From Octopus vulgaris (Eukaryota): DNA of 64,000 nt. Both the position numbers and the translations under genes were made by a program. Under the pieces are notes generated by a model. The model was not told the DNA's origin. It made no database searches and saw nothing but the letters and a program-made list of their open reading frames with translations. The DNA lies in assembly GCA_951406725.2 (NCBI GenBank), contig OX597814.1, positions 132,556,001-132,620,000 of the forward strand, given 5' to 3'. Numbering within the stretch: position 1 is the first letter of the stretch; the number at the start of each line of letters is the position of its first letter. This document shows, in pieces, positions 1-12,839 of this stretch.

Positions 1-505
1 CAGTCATTCCCTTACTAGCAACTCTGCAACATGTCCCTTTATGTAGATAAAGCTAGATATATGGTTCCAGTACAATGAGGGTCTAGAAGATTGTCTGACA
101 TTAATTGATTTATCACCATCAACTAGAATAAAGTTAACAACTCCCAATGGATTTAATTCAAAAATAGTTGAAGACTACATCTTCTAAATATAAATAACTA
201 CATTACCATTCTTTTATCTTGACCCCCACTATTTTTCCTCTGCTACTCTCTAAATTAGAGGCAGGCTTAATAAGATATGAATTATTTTCTCAACTCATTC
301 TGCTACAGATATAACACAAGGAAACAACGTAATTATTTTAGTTTCTGTTATTGATGTAAATTTGTTGAAAATGGTTTATCCTTTATGTTTGAAATCTATA
401 TGGTCATCTGCATCTGAAGAGAATATTTTCTTTCAAATTGATATAGCGTTTTCATTCATCAATTAAATGGAGCCACTTGCAACAGCCATAATGTATTTAC
501 AATCC

Positions 506-521
506 TTCTCTCCCCCTCCCT

Positions 522-567
<46 letters not shown>

Positions 568-642
568 ATATACACACACACACACGCACATATATGTGTG
601 TAAGTATATAGACATACATATTGAGAGAGTGAAAGATACAGC

Positions 643-711
<69 letters not shown>

Positions 712-750
712 AAAAAGAAAGAAATAAAGAAAGAAAGAAAGAAAGAATGA
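506..750. repeat. Compound microsatellite (CT)n/(CA)n/(GA)n/(GAAA)n
   Basis: Directly visible; source of the spurious ORFs at 463-797. Confidence 0.95.
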
Positions 751-1192
751 CAAAGAGAGTTACATTGTTGGATATGTAGATACGTGGCAAAGATCATTTT
801 TATGCAAACTATTCATACACCAGCTAAAAATATGTGTATGGCTGCTTACGAAATACACTTAATGTTGATAAGCTAATATGTGTATAAGAGAGGTCTGGGT
901 TTTCCGATTTTCTGTATTATAGATACGACTGCTTTCAAATTACATACAAGTTACAATTCACTCGAGCGTGACTTAAAATGTTAGCTAAGTAAGGAAGTAG
1001 GTTAGGTACATTTTACTTTTCACTAAATACTGTTAGTAATGACAACATTTTCTTTTATCTATTTCATGTCACTACCTTACTCATATTTTCCATAATAACA
1101 AACAACAAGCATTAAGTTGCCCTGAAGTACATAAGATTTGAAATCTCTTTCTTACTATTTTATCTACGAAATTGTTGCTGGAGAACAAAACG

Positions 1193-1395
1193 ATGTCTCA
1201 CTATTCGATCTGCTTAATTATACTGTATATTTTACATGGTATCCTACAAGTATCGTGCTATAGCAATGGACATAATTTAAGAACAAAATCAATATCAGCA
1301 GGTGGAAAATGTCTAAAATATGATAGCTGTTCATGTACTTTCGAAAATGGTACAGAAATTAATCTACATTTTCTTGATACTAAACCAAGACCAAG
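1193..1395 (+). CDS. Exon 1 of ATG27/CD-M6PR-like type I membrane protein (signal peptide + start of MRH-like domain)
   Basis: ATG at 1193; MSHYSICLIILYILHGILQVSC hydrophobic leader, then GGKCLKYDSCSCTFENGTEINLHFLDTKPRP; donor AG|GTAAC at 1396; phase 2 matches exon 2. Confidence 0.85.
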
Positions 1396-1629
1396 GTAAC
1401 GCACTTTTTTATATTTTATGACAACTACGTATATTATTACTTCACTTAAGTTGTTAAAACGAATAGTTCTGTGTGAAGCTAGTTTGCTACGTGAGGTATA
1501 ATACTATTTTTGTAATCGAATTGATCTCTGTCTAATATAATTGCACGAGGCACAATAACTTAAACCATAACTAGATATGTGTTTTAACGATACAAATTTT
1601 TAAAGATGAACACAGCAATCATAACACAG

Positions 1630-2110
1630 ACCTGATCCCTGAAACACCACTCTGAACAATAATCATCATAAGGGACTTCGATGCAACCGGCTTCCCGTCA
1701 CAACGAGAGCCAGTAGGTCTTGATCACTGGGATGGTGAGTGCCTCGACATACTGACCCTCTTTCCATACGAGGGAGGCAGATCCTTATTCTTATACGCTA
1801 TACACTGCAACACATTTTCCGTCTCCAACCTTGCTGTATCGGTGTCAACCCAGCTACCGACACCCTTAACACAGAGGAGAGGAAGATATATAAACAAAGG
1901 GGCCTGACTGTGTTTGTACTAGTCGCCATTGAGTACGTAGGTGTTCTTGAACCCTACACTACTGATTTCCTCCGTAAAATAGGGATAATAGCAGCTCTTC
2001 TGAGAAATAAGACCTGCGTGGAGGGGTGGTTGTTGCAGCAAGTGTCGCAGGCCGTTCTTCCCAACAAGGCCTTTGCAATTGTGCCTGCAAGGTGCGACTG
2101 AACATACCAT
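1630..2110 (+). mobile_element. Degraded 3' fragment of a CRE-clade (RLE) non-LTR retrotransposon
   Basis: Frameshifted translation GFPSQREPVGLDHWDGECLDILTLFPYEGGRSL...EERKIYK...FVLVAIEYVGVL...LLQQVSQAV resembles the CRE-type restriction-like endonuclease (EPxGL..DG.RPD..T..P; E..K..KY; F.P.A.E). Confidence 0.65.
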
Positions 2111-2431
2111 TTGAACTGGGCTGTACAATATGTTACTTCCACCACATCCTCAATCATTTGTGACTGAATTCGCCCCACCCCACCTTTTTTCTTTTTCTTT
2201 ATTTCCTTGTTGAAGTAACTCTGGGATCTTTCTCCACAATTTAATCTTTTTTCTTCCTTTTCTTTTCTTCCTATAAAAATTGATGGTTAATAAAAGTTCG
2301 TTCGCCCCACCCTCAGGGGAAAAAAAACTCAGTCAAGTAAATTTTATGAAAACTGACTGAATGTCAAATGGACTTCCTGACTGATAAACGTACATGCATA
2401 AAACCTACACACATACATATGTGAATCTATA

Positions 2432-2564
<133 letters not shown>

Positions 2565-2711
2565 GGCCAAATTTACTAAATGTTACCTTACTTATAGGAC
2601 CAGACATAGCTGTGATGTTAAGAAGTTCGTTTCACAACCACGTGATTTCAGGTACAGAGCCACTGTGTGGCATCGTGGGCAAGTGTCTTCAATTATAACT
2701 TTGTAGGACCA

Positions 2712-2742
<31 letters not shown>

Positions 2743-2840
2743 TGATAAAACGGTAAGATAACAAAAGAAAGAAAGAGACCTCAATATTATGTAAATAGAG
2801 GAAATTTATCTATACAATATGTTACATTACTCGGTAGTCA

Positions 2841-2903
2841 AGATAAAACTCTGAGTTTCAGATGCCGAAGTGGAAATCCACAACACCATCTCATCGGTTA
2901 TCT
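2841..2903 (-). ncRNA. Degenerate minimal type I hammerhead-like motif in a (TA)n-embedded insert
   Basis: Minus strand: AGATAA-CCGATGA-GATG...CATC-T-GAAA-CTCAGAG-TT-TTATCT. Confidence 0.45.
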
Positions 2904-2924
2904 GGCTATTTGAAAACGTTATGA

Positions 2925-2955
<31 letters not shown>

Positions 2956-2975
2956 TAGACATATATATATATATT

Positions 2976-3370
2976 TTCTCTCTTTACTTGTTTCAGTCAT
3001 TTGACTGCGGCCATGCTGGAGCACCGCCTTTAATCGAGCAACTCGACCCCGGGACTTATTCTTTGTAAGCCCAGTACTTATTCTATCGGTCTCTTTTTTG
3101 CCGAACCGCTAAGTGACGAGGACGTAAACACACCAGCATCGGTTGTCAAGCGATGCTAGGGGGACAAACACAGACACACAAACACACATATATATATACA
3201 TATATACGACAGGCTTCTTTCAGTTTCCGTCTACCAAATCCACTCACAAGGCATTGGTCGGCCCGGGGCTATAGCAGAAGACACTTGCCCAAGATGCCAC
3301 GCAGTGGGACTGAACACGGAACCATGTGGTTGGTTAGCAAGCTACTTACCACACAGCCACTCCTGCGCCT
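2976..3370 (-). mobile_element. tRNA-derived SINE, family A (full length)
   Basis: Minus-strand head AGGCGCAGGAGTGGCTGTGTGG (A box) and GTTCAGTCCC (B box), CORE-like CTTGGGCAAGTG, (AAAAGAG)-type tail; many copies in the window. Confidence 0.85.
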
Positions 3371-3565
3371 ATGTGTGTGTGAGAGTTTGTGTGTGTGTGT
3401 GTTTGTGTATGTATTTGTATGTAGGTATGTCATAGTTTCCGTTTGTTGTCTTCTTTTTATTTAATCCTGATAATCGCACTCATTAATTTTTAACCCATCT
3501 GTAGAAATATTCTTGAAATATTTTTGTGCTACTCTGTCTTTCCTTTACTCTGCTTCTTTTAATTT

Positions 3566-3600
<35 letters not shown>

Positions 3601-3790
3601 CCCTTCTCCGACTATCACATAACCCATCACGACTTATACCGGTGTCATTCAGCCGCATTGCTCAATGCTCAAAGGGGTTTTATATACTTGAGTTTATATA
3701 TACATGTTTCTTTTCTCAGCCATGGATTAGGTCAATTGCTATACTGCAAGCAGCAAGGATGTTAACTGAGGTTCACTCCACTGTCTATAT

Positions 3791-3991
3791 CAGTGCTTTT
3801 CAACATTTTTGCTGGAGCGGAACCCCAAGGAAACATTCCACTGGTTCGAGGAACCCGTGTGCAATAATTTAATAGTCTTATGCACACATATCTGCACAGG
3901 AGAATTAAAAGTTACTGCCGATTTTAGCAGTTTTGTAACTTCTTGCGGAACCCTTGGACTGTACTGGCGGAACCCTGGTTTAAAACCACTG
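3791..3991. mobile_element. hAT (Charlie-like) MITE
   Basis: CAGTG...CACTG termini and 8-bp TSD GTCTATAT (3783-3790, 3992-3999). Confidence 0.85.
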
Positions 3992-4239
3992 GTCTATATG
4001 TTGGTTGTCCAAAGTAAATGTATCCGTCTATTACACTTCCATACAGAACCATAAAGTTACAGAATGATTTTCAGTCTTTAACTGTTGCAGATGTTTTTAA
4101 TCAGGATTATGACACTTTTGATGATTCCCCCTTTTGTAATTGCAGCGTTTTCCTGAGAGTGCTGACATTTCACAAATTCAACTAAAAATCAATCACGTTT
4201 TGTGTATCAGAAAATGGTAGAATTTGACTCAGAACATTT

Positions 4240-4668
4240 TATTCTTTTATTCTTTTACTAGTTTCAGGTATATTTGACGGAAGCCATGCTGGAGCACTGC
4301 TTTAAAGGGGTTTAGTCGAACAAATTGGCCACAGAACTTATTTTTAAAGTCTAGTATTTATCTATCATTCCCTTTTGCCCCACCGCTAAATTACAGAGAT
4401 GTAAACACCCCAACAACGGTTGTCAAGCAGTGGGGGGGGGAAACACTCTCACACACATATGTATATGTATATATATATATATACATACACACGCACACAA
4501 ATATATACAACGGGCTTCTTTTATTTTCTGTCTACCAAATCCACTCACAAGCCTTTGGTAGGCCTGAAGCTATAGTAGAAGACAATTGCCCAAGGTACCA
4601 CGCAATGGGACAGAATTCAGAACCATGTGTTTGGGAAGCAAGCTTCTTATCACACGACCACACCTGCC
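4240..4668 (-). mobile_element. SINE family A, diverged copy
   Basis: Aligns by eye along its length with 2976-3370. Confidence 0.8.
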
Positions 4669-4919
4669 CAATCTCTTCACAAAAATAACACGTTAAATAC
4701 AGTTTATATAAACAAGCACAAATTGATGGATTACATCAGTTGTGCGAAATAGTTCTCTCAGCGTGTCAGTAAAGATGCAACACAGAGAACAGTTTTGACA
4801 AAATTATACTACCAATATTTTCACTGGAACCTTTAGTAATAAAGTAAATGTTTATATTCAAATTTTTGCAAACACTAATTCTGTATCTAATATACATATT
4901 TTTCCTTTTCTCTTCAAAG

Positions 4920-5001
4920 ATTCACGATTGATTCAGAATTTCAAAAGTATTCTTGGAATCCCTGTACAGGTTATACAGTCGGTGATACAAAAGATGTTGC
5001 A
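4920..5001 (+). CDS. Exon 2 of ATG27/CD-M6PR-like gene
   Basis: Polypyrimidine tract + AG acceptor, GTAAGT donor; (R)FTIDSEFQKYSWNPCTGYTVGDTKDVA contains the YxWNPC motif typical of MRH/ATG27 domains. Confidence 0.88.
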
Positions 5002-5318
5002 GTAAGTGATGCTTGCTTTAATGTGTATATTTAATACAAATTTCCTGATGTTGTTCTTTTAAATGGCCCTTGTTTTACTTACATATGATTTATCTTACAT
5101 TATTTAATTGCTTTATCATTGCATTAAGACCACACGGCCATACTGGGGCACCACCTTGATGAGGTTGGTCAACCAAATCAATCACTACTTTTTTTTCTAT
5201 AAATCTAGCACTTATGATATCGATATCTTTTGCCAAACCGCTAAGTTGCCGCTGCGTAAACAATCCAGCAACGGTAGTGGGTGGACAAACATATGCGCAG
5301 AAACAAATATACACTCAT

Positions 5319-5399
<81 letters not shown>

Positions 5400-5529
5400 T
5401 GCATGTATGTATGTTTATTTATGCTGGACTCTCCCGTTGGTTTCGTTTCGTTGTATGAGGCTCCGACAACGTACTCTTTCTTTGTCAGTCATAATGCTTA
5501 TGTCGAATGTGACATTTAAGTCCTGCCAA

Positions 5530-6770
5530 CGATTTACAAAGGCTGCAGATGTTGCAAGTATGAAGATTACAGGCCAGTGTCGGTGATATATTTGCAGCCA
5601 CCTTTCTCCTTTGCTTTGCACCCCGAAGCCTGTTAATGCTGGTTGCAGCAAGATTTTTAATACTATTTTGAAATAACGACTTCCAATTTGTTCGTTCCAG
5701 GGCTGTTCGCTCAAAGGTGTTGCGAGCTCTCTTCCTTTCTAAGAGGTTACTCTTCAGCTTGTCCTTATAGCTGGGCCATGGTCGAACAACGTTCCTGTGC
5801 CCATTCTCAAACTGACTTTGGGTATTCTTTCGTCACTCATTCTGATGACATGGCCTGCCCAGCGCAATTGTGATTGTATAAGGAAGCTCTCAGTTCCACC
5901 AATGTTACACTTGCTAAACAAGTCGGCATCAGAAACTCTGTTTTTTAGTGAATAACTGCAGATTGTCCTCATGCAGTCTTTGTGGAAGATGTCTAGTTAG
6001 TTAATGTGTCGTCTATAGGGTATCCACGATTCTGAGACATAAAAGAGAGTAGTAAGAATGGCTGCTTTATAGACCTGTAGTTTGTTATCAAGTTTGATAC
6101 CCTTTTCATTCCATAGGCGATGGCGGACTTTGCCAAATGCTTTGGTTGCCTTTGCAAGACTGTTGACGATTTCATCACGAAGGGAAGCGCTCTACTTTCA
6201 CTTTATTATCAAGATATGTAAATGATTTCTCATAATTATCAGGAAAATCATGAACCAGTGGCTTCAGCTTGACACTTCGAATCTGTTTAAAAGTAGGGCA
6301 ATGTTGCTGGAGTGCTTCTATTTTCTTTATGTTGATGGTCAAACCAAAGGCTTTACACACAGCAGAAACTGGTCTAGAAGTTCCTGAGCTTCCTCTAAGG
6401 AAGTCGCTACTAGTGCAGCAGCATCTGCAGAAAGTAGATCACGAATGATGCTGGTGCATAGCAGTGTTCTGGCTTTGAAACGCTGATGATTGAATAGTCC
6501 ACCACTTGTTCGAAACTGGGATTTGACACCACTTTGTATGTCGCCAAAAGCATAACTCAGCATCTCTGAAAAGAAGAGTGCAAACAAAACAGGAGCTATA
6601 ACACAACCTTGCTTTGTGCCGTTTCTAACGTCAAATGAAGCCGAAGATTCCCCACCGGACACGAGAGCAGCCTTCATTCCCTCATGAAAGATGATAACAT
6701 TCCACATCTTGTCAGGTGTACCAAGCTTTTTCAGAACTTTCCATAGCTGTTTCTTGCAATACATACTAAT
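5530..6770 (-). mobile_element. RTE (BovB-like) LINE reverse transcriptase relic
   Basis: GTKQGCVIAPVLFALFF, FRTSGGLFN, IRDLLSADAAAL (FADD region), FGLTINIKK, QLRWAGHVIRMSDERIPK; frameshifted. Confidence 0.9.
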
Positions 6771-7937
6771 ACATAAATCTAAAGCAAATTTTTTTCAGGG
6801 ACCCTAAAAATATTTTTGCGGATCCCCATTCGGATCTTTTTTGTTTGGCTGCACTTTTTGAAATGTTAAAATTAAGTGAATATTTTCAAATTTGATGTTT
6901 TGATGTAATTTTTCATGCTAAATCTGAGGGCCTAATTCACTTGTCTCTGATTTTTTTTTTTTTTAAGTTGCAGAGATTTAAAGTTTGATCATTTTCACAC
7001 TGTCAGAAAACAAGATTTGGGACTTGTCATTTCGTGCATGACTGCTATCGTAAGACGACAAAACAATAATGCCAGCATTGCGACGATAGCACGTGTTTTA
7101 AATATTTAATAAGCGAAAATAACCAAAAATTTCAGTAAAGAACAAACATATTTCGTAGTTTTGAGTATTCAATATGCATTTAATGCGAAAAAAGAGTAAA
7201 CAATACACTATGTAGTTTTAAGAGCAGAAAAACAAATTGTAAGCAAATGAAATATTTGGTAAATATACATGTTTTATACAGGAAAGTTCCCAATGCATGT
7301 CCTGTTACTATGAAAACAGGTACCTATATGTCTGTGGCTTTCGACTGGCTAAAAATACCAAAAATTTGCACATTTTGAAGCTATTAACTATGGAGATGTT
7401 GCTTATTAATTACGTATGTAACAATTATTAAAAGTACTAAAAGAAAGCAATTATTAAAGGATTGGCCGTCTGAAAATATTTTTATAAATTCATGTTCTCA
7501 GAAATTTCCTATAACTTCAATTTCTCAAGTTTTTTGAATTTTCGTAACTCCAATTTCTCGCAAATTTAAATAATCATTGCATTCACTGCGTCCAATTCTT
7601 CACAGATTTAAATATTAATTGCATTCACTGCGGAGTATTCCAGTTTCATTTGCAAAGTCTTTCGCTTTCTCTTTTAGGTTTTAATTCGCTTTTTGGAAAA
7701 CCGATATTTTATTCTATTAATGTATGCGTTATATAAAAACCATATTTATTGAATTAAATTTTTTTTTTAAATACCCGTATAATTTTTGAACGCGGGATAG
7801 CTGTGAGAAGAACCTAGAAAGTTGGGTAATTACTATTAGAAGACGAGGAGAAAAAAGTTAACAAGTACTCGAAACTTGCATCATAGTCACAGTTTCAAAA
7901 CATTCTTATACCACTAAGCCAATATATACACAAACGA

Positions 7938-7959
7938 GTTGAAGGAACGCCTTCAACAG

Positions 7960-7992
<33 letters not shown>

Positions 7993-8172
7993 AATACATA
8001 CTCATGCACACACATGGATACACATACACGCAAATAAAAGGCCATGAATGTGTGTGTGTGTGTGTGAAGTTGAAGGAGCGACTTCAACAGTGACACACAC
8101 ACACACACCAATACATACTCACGCACACACAAAGATACATATAAACACAAATAAAAGGCAATGAATGTGTGT
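7938..8172. repeat. Two diverged ~130-bp tandem units with a GTTGAAG..CTTCAAC hairpin and (CA)n/(TG)n
   Basis: Unit GTTGAAGGA-CG-CTTCAACAGT(CA)nCCAATACATACTCA...AAATAAAAGGC-ATGAATGTGTG occurs twice. Confidence 0.7.
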
Positions 8173-8703
8173 GTAAGTGTGAATGTTTGTGTGTGCTCAC
8201 TGACAAAACTGACGAAGCCCAGAGACACACCCAAGTACCTTAATCTTATCTACCAAATACTTCAGTTCACTGACGGGATGGAAGTAGAGAGGGGTACTTT
8301 TGGCCTCTTGGCTGAAACAGCTGTAACAGACTATCCTACTTTCTATGCTCTACGTTATATATTTTAATAATTACTGGTACTTTATATATTACATATTATA
8401 TATGTAAAGCATAATACGTTATATATGTATGGATTATAATTGTTTTTATAAAAAATAAATAAATAGACATAATATAATGTCTAAAAGTTGATGAATACCA
8501 ACTCTTGATCCCCTGCATTTTCTTATTGCTGTATAAATTAAAGGTAAAAAACGGTTTACCTTCACACATTTATTACATTCAGTAGTGTAATTTCCATGTA
8601 AAGAAAAAACACTAGTGTATTAATAATTGTTTATTCTACCAGCAGTATATTGGATAGATATTATCCCTTAGTTGGTTGGATTCATAACCTCTAGTTCTCT
8701 TGG

Positions 8704-8746
<43 letters not shown>

Positions 8747-9043
8747 AATAAGGATAATATCGATATTTAAATATCGATATTATCAAGTGGTCAGCATGGG
8801 AATAAATACCATACAGAGGTAATAATTTTTCACAACTATAAATAAGGATATCTGAGAGACACCACCATGCCGAAATAGCAGTCAAACCCTGACTCTAAAA
8901 CCCCCTAAAATGTTCATATCGCACCACGAGATAAGACAGAGAGACAAAATAAACTAGCAAAAAGATATTACTGGATAATTCAAGATCCTGCTTCAAATAA
9001 GCTCTGCTTTCGTCAGTTGAATATACCACATTAGCACATAAAT

Positions 9044-9107
<64 letters not shown>

Positions 9108-9658
9108 CGAACGTTGTACTTACATATACGAACGTCCAAACATACATATATATGCACGTGTGTACAAGGTCAGATTTAAATTGCCCGCCAACTACCCTTA
9201 TATATATATATATATATATAATCTGCATACATTACATACCCTATCTCTTTCATCCTATACTTGCTTCAGTCATTAGACTGCGGCCATGCTGGGGCCCCGC
9301 CTTGAGTCGAATGAATGAATCGACACCAGTATTTCTTTTCTAAGCCTTGAACTTATTCTCTCCGTCTCTTCGTCGAACCGCTAATTTACGGGGACGCATG
9401 AATGTTTTGGCAAATTTGAATAGTGAAACCAAATTACATGAGTAAACTTACTCGTTAAATTATCTATATTATTATTTAATTCGTGTTTACTACATCGAAC
9501 ATTAGAGAACGAATGCAAAGCCACTGACTGATCCTAGTGTATTTTGAAATCTGAATGAAAAGATACGTAACCAAACAGCGAAATTTATTTTGTCCGGATT
9601 TCTATCTATTATAGAAATTTATACCACTATTACAATGAAACATAACTTTATTTTGTAG

Positions 9659-9747
9659 ATGGCTATGTCGGATATCGTTCTTGGTCTCCAAGCAAACGCT
9701 TCGTTTCGTACATTCGAAACTAATGACTTTGGTATATTCTATAGTAG
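9659..9747 (+). CDS. Exon 3 of ATG27/CD-M6PR-like gene
   Basis: ttttgtAG acceptor, AG|GTATGT donor; MAMSDIVLGLQANASFRTFETNDFGIFYS; phase 0 in, phase 2 out, fits neighbours. Confidence 0.78.
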
Positions 9748-9952
9748 GTATGTTTTCTTTTTATGAATATGTATGTCCATGGCTTCATATACACATATGC
9801 CTGTATTTCTGTTTGCGTGCTTATACTTAAAGGAATATGTTTATGTATGTGCATATAGAGAACAGATTCACGTGTCTTGTTTTGCGTACACGAAAACACA
9901 AATATATATAAACATATATATATGTATATATATATATATAAATATATATATA

Positions 9953-10022
<70 letters not shown>

Positions 10023-10108
10023 ATCCAAACAAGAAAGCACAAAAAAGCACAACAAAGCGAGGACGTGGAACAAATATAGTAGTATTGGACGCTGAGGAAA
10101 GAAGGAGG

Positions 10109-10143
10109 GTTTAACGTTTCGAGCGGGGCCCTTCGTCGGAAAC
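10109..10143 (-). ncRNA. Minimal type I hammerhead-like motif (Penelope pLTR-type)
   Basis: Minus strand: GTTT-CCGACGA-A-GGGC-CCC-GCTC-GAAA-CG-TT-AAAC; palindromic AACGTT stem III. Confidence 0.5.
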
Positions 10144-10210
10144 ATTGGAGAAGGAAAGATCCAGAGAAGGGAAGACAGAGGAAAAATATCGCCAACGGTA
10201 CGCACGAGGT

Positions 10211-10264
<54 letters not shown>

Positions 10265-10274
10265 AGGGTTAGCT

Positions 10275-10357
<83 letters not shown>

Positions 10358-10706
10358 AACACATACATATATATACTCTTTGACTTGTTTCAGTCATTTG
10401 ACTGCGGCCATGCTGGAGCACCGCCTTTAGTCGAGCAAATCGACCCCGGGACTTATTCTTTGTAAGCTCAGTACTTATTCTATCGGTCTCTTTTGCCGAG
10501 CTATGTTAGTGCAAAGAGGAAAAATAGAGCTCAAAATTCGAGTATTTGGATATTTTTATTAATTTGATGTGCCAACGCACGAAACTCTCGGTATTGCTTC
10601 TGCGCTGACAGTAAAGTATTATCACACTGAGTCAGTTTGCAACATTTCCTAATCTTTGGGATGTATGCGTGCATTTTAGAATGGTTATCTCCTCTTCAGC
10701 AACAAA

Positions 10707-11235
10707 CACCAGGAAGGCAGACGTTCTGAACTGACGCGAGGGACAAGTCCAAGGAAGACCGGCACACACACGCGCGCTTATTTGGTGAGGAGGGTGTTTA
10801 TTGGACACCCTGCGGGATGAAAAACAAAACCCGTCAAAGGGCAGAGGAACTCTTGAGAGTCAACGGCCATCCAATAAAAGTCTTAAGGCTGTATCATGCG
10901 CGGGGACATAGAAATAATCGGACTGAATACCCGATCGCGCGGTTAAACCATTGGGAGTGAAAGACTCCTAGCCTTTGTTAGGGCATCCTTCTAGGAGAAG
11001 TTAACTCAGGTAACTGGGATAACTCCGACATAAAACCTGCGGCTCAGTGGTTACCGATGATGTTGACTTGTTCTTCTTTTCAAATTATGGCTGCTGTTGC
11101 TTAGTGAGTGGGATTGACTCAGTGCACAGCCTTTCCTCACTTTAAAAAAATCTTCTTGCACAGGCATTGCACGATAACAACATTGATTAAGCTTCGTGCA
11201 ATGGCCATACACGATAACGAGGGGGCATCCACCAT
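10707..11235 (+). mobile_element. Probable RTE-derived non-autonomous element (5'UTR-like)
   Basis: GC-richer island containing GGGCATCCTTCTAGGAGAAGTTAACTC...AAACC, which resembles a recurrent RTE 5'UTR motif. Confidence 0.4.
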
Positions 11236-11384
11236 ATGTCAGGCTCTATAATTTTTTATACTAAACAGCATTGTAAGGCAGCTAGCTGGCAGAATCGTTA
11301 CTACGCCGGAAAAATTGTTTAGCGGCATTTTTTCTGGTTTTACGTTGTAAGTTCAGATTCCTCGGGAGTCAACTTTACCTTTCA

Positions 11385-11760
11385 TTCTCTCAAAATAGTT
11401 CCTTTCACTTTCGATACCACGCTTCCAAGTCTTTTTGTTTGTTTGTTTTTACTTTTTTTTAATTTTAAAACACTCTCTGGAAAACGCTTTAACGTTAATA
11501 CGAAGTTTCCGTGAAGAATTTTCTTCGATCCCTTCTACCACCTGAAATCGGTGACCATTCAAGGAAAATTCAATGACTGAGAACAAAGGAAGTCTGCAGG
11601 GAAAAACTTCAGAGTGTAGGGAGGCTGGAAATCGCGAGTGATCACGGTCTTTGCCATAAAATCGTAACAAGTGACGCGTAATAAGGTGCATGGTGGTAAA
11701 TAAAGCAGATTTTGCTTTATTCATGTCTCTTTCTTCGCTGTACCTAATTCAAATACTTGT
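11385..11760 (-). mobile_element. Mariner transposase C-terminal relic
   Basis: Degenerate PxxSxxxPC.(F)LF..L.GHRF..VE.I.ENS.R.L and terminal GNYFE motifs. Confidence 0.6.
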
Positions 11761-12303
11761 GTCCATCCATATAAAACTCATTCCTGGTCGCCTGACGACA
11801 TGAAAAAGAAAAAAAAGCGTGATAAACGATACCTCTCGATCAAAACAGTCTTGTGTGAATATTCCCTGTTTTGATTTTCGAGCGCGACTAAAATGAGCTC
11901 ATGTACTGCAGCCACTGCTCTTTTTGCCCTTTTTCTTTCGCGATAATGTAATCAGGCGCAGGAATGTTGAACTTCAAAAACAAAACATTGCACGACTTAA
12001 CTATCCCGATTAGAAATTGATGCTTTAGAACAGAAGTATGAATATGCTTTTTTACGTGTTGCTGTTATGAATTATGTACACATGTATGTGTACTTGTTTG
12101 TATGCAAGTAGTATGTATGTATTTATGTATGTATATATGTTTATATGCAAAAGTACTAGACTAGAATTTAACACGATGCTTCGAAATTTACACATTAAAA
12201 GTATTAACCACTCAACTATGTCTTATGTGTTTATGCATTTCTAAAATCACGCATGCGTTGAGGAGTAGATTGGTTAATATTCCATTTTTTTCTTTCTTGG
12301 CAG

Positions 12304-12388
12304 TTATGCTGTAGTCATACTAAATTGTAGTGATAATATGCGTATAAATTTCAAGTTGAAAGACAATTGCCCTCAAGGTATGATTCTG
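12304..12388 (+). CDS. Exon 4 of ATG27/CD-M6PR-like gene
   Basis: Long pyrimidine tract + CAG, G|GTGAGT donor; (S)YAVVILNCSDNMRINFKLKDNCPQGMIL. Confidence 0.8.
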
Positions 12389-12839
12389 GTGAGTAACTTT
12401 TAGTTTTAGTTGTTTTGGACGTGGAACAGTTTCGAGCCCTAGTCGGCTCGATCGAGCAGTCCTATTGTCAAATGCAGTCAGTCTATGGCCATCCTCAGAT
12501 CGTTTCTGAATAGATTACACTATCTAATGTTTCTTTTTTAATGTTATTTGAGTGAGATTTTGCATATATTTCGGAATAAGAATCACGTTGAAGCTCGTTC
12601 AGATGAAAATCGCATTTCAACTTGTTTCTTCAGACCCAGATAAAATATGTCTAGCTATTGGAAATTTAATCTGTTTTAGCTATATCATGATTTTTGAACT
12701 TGCTAATTCTAATTTAAACTTTATACTGTGCCATCTTCAGGATGTTCGAGCAACATTTGACCATATTTTATGTCTCCTTGTTCAGAAATAGCCTGATGTA
12801 TTAGTGAACAGTCAATGGTGATGGAGAGCATAAAAATAA

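Noticed and set aside
1-460. Possible coding or TE relic at the window start
   Set aside because: No open frame or motif I could recognise
8978-9022. Minus-strand ATTCAA-CTGACGA...GAAG..TC-TTGAAT hammerhead-like motif
   Set aside because: GAAA and stems II/III too degenerate to call
10635-10706. Minus-strand CTGAAGA...GAAATGTT motif
   Set aside because: No convincing stem II
12378-12383. Alternative donor CAAG|GTATGA in exon 4
   Set aside because: Gives phase 1, incompatible with exon 5; the GTGAGT donor at 12389 keeps the frame
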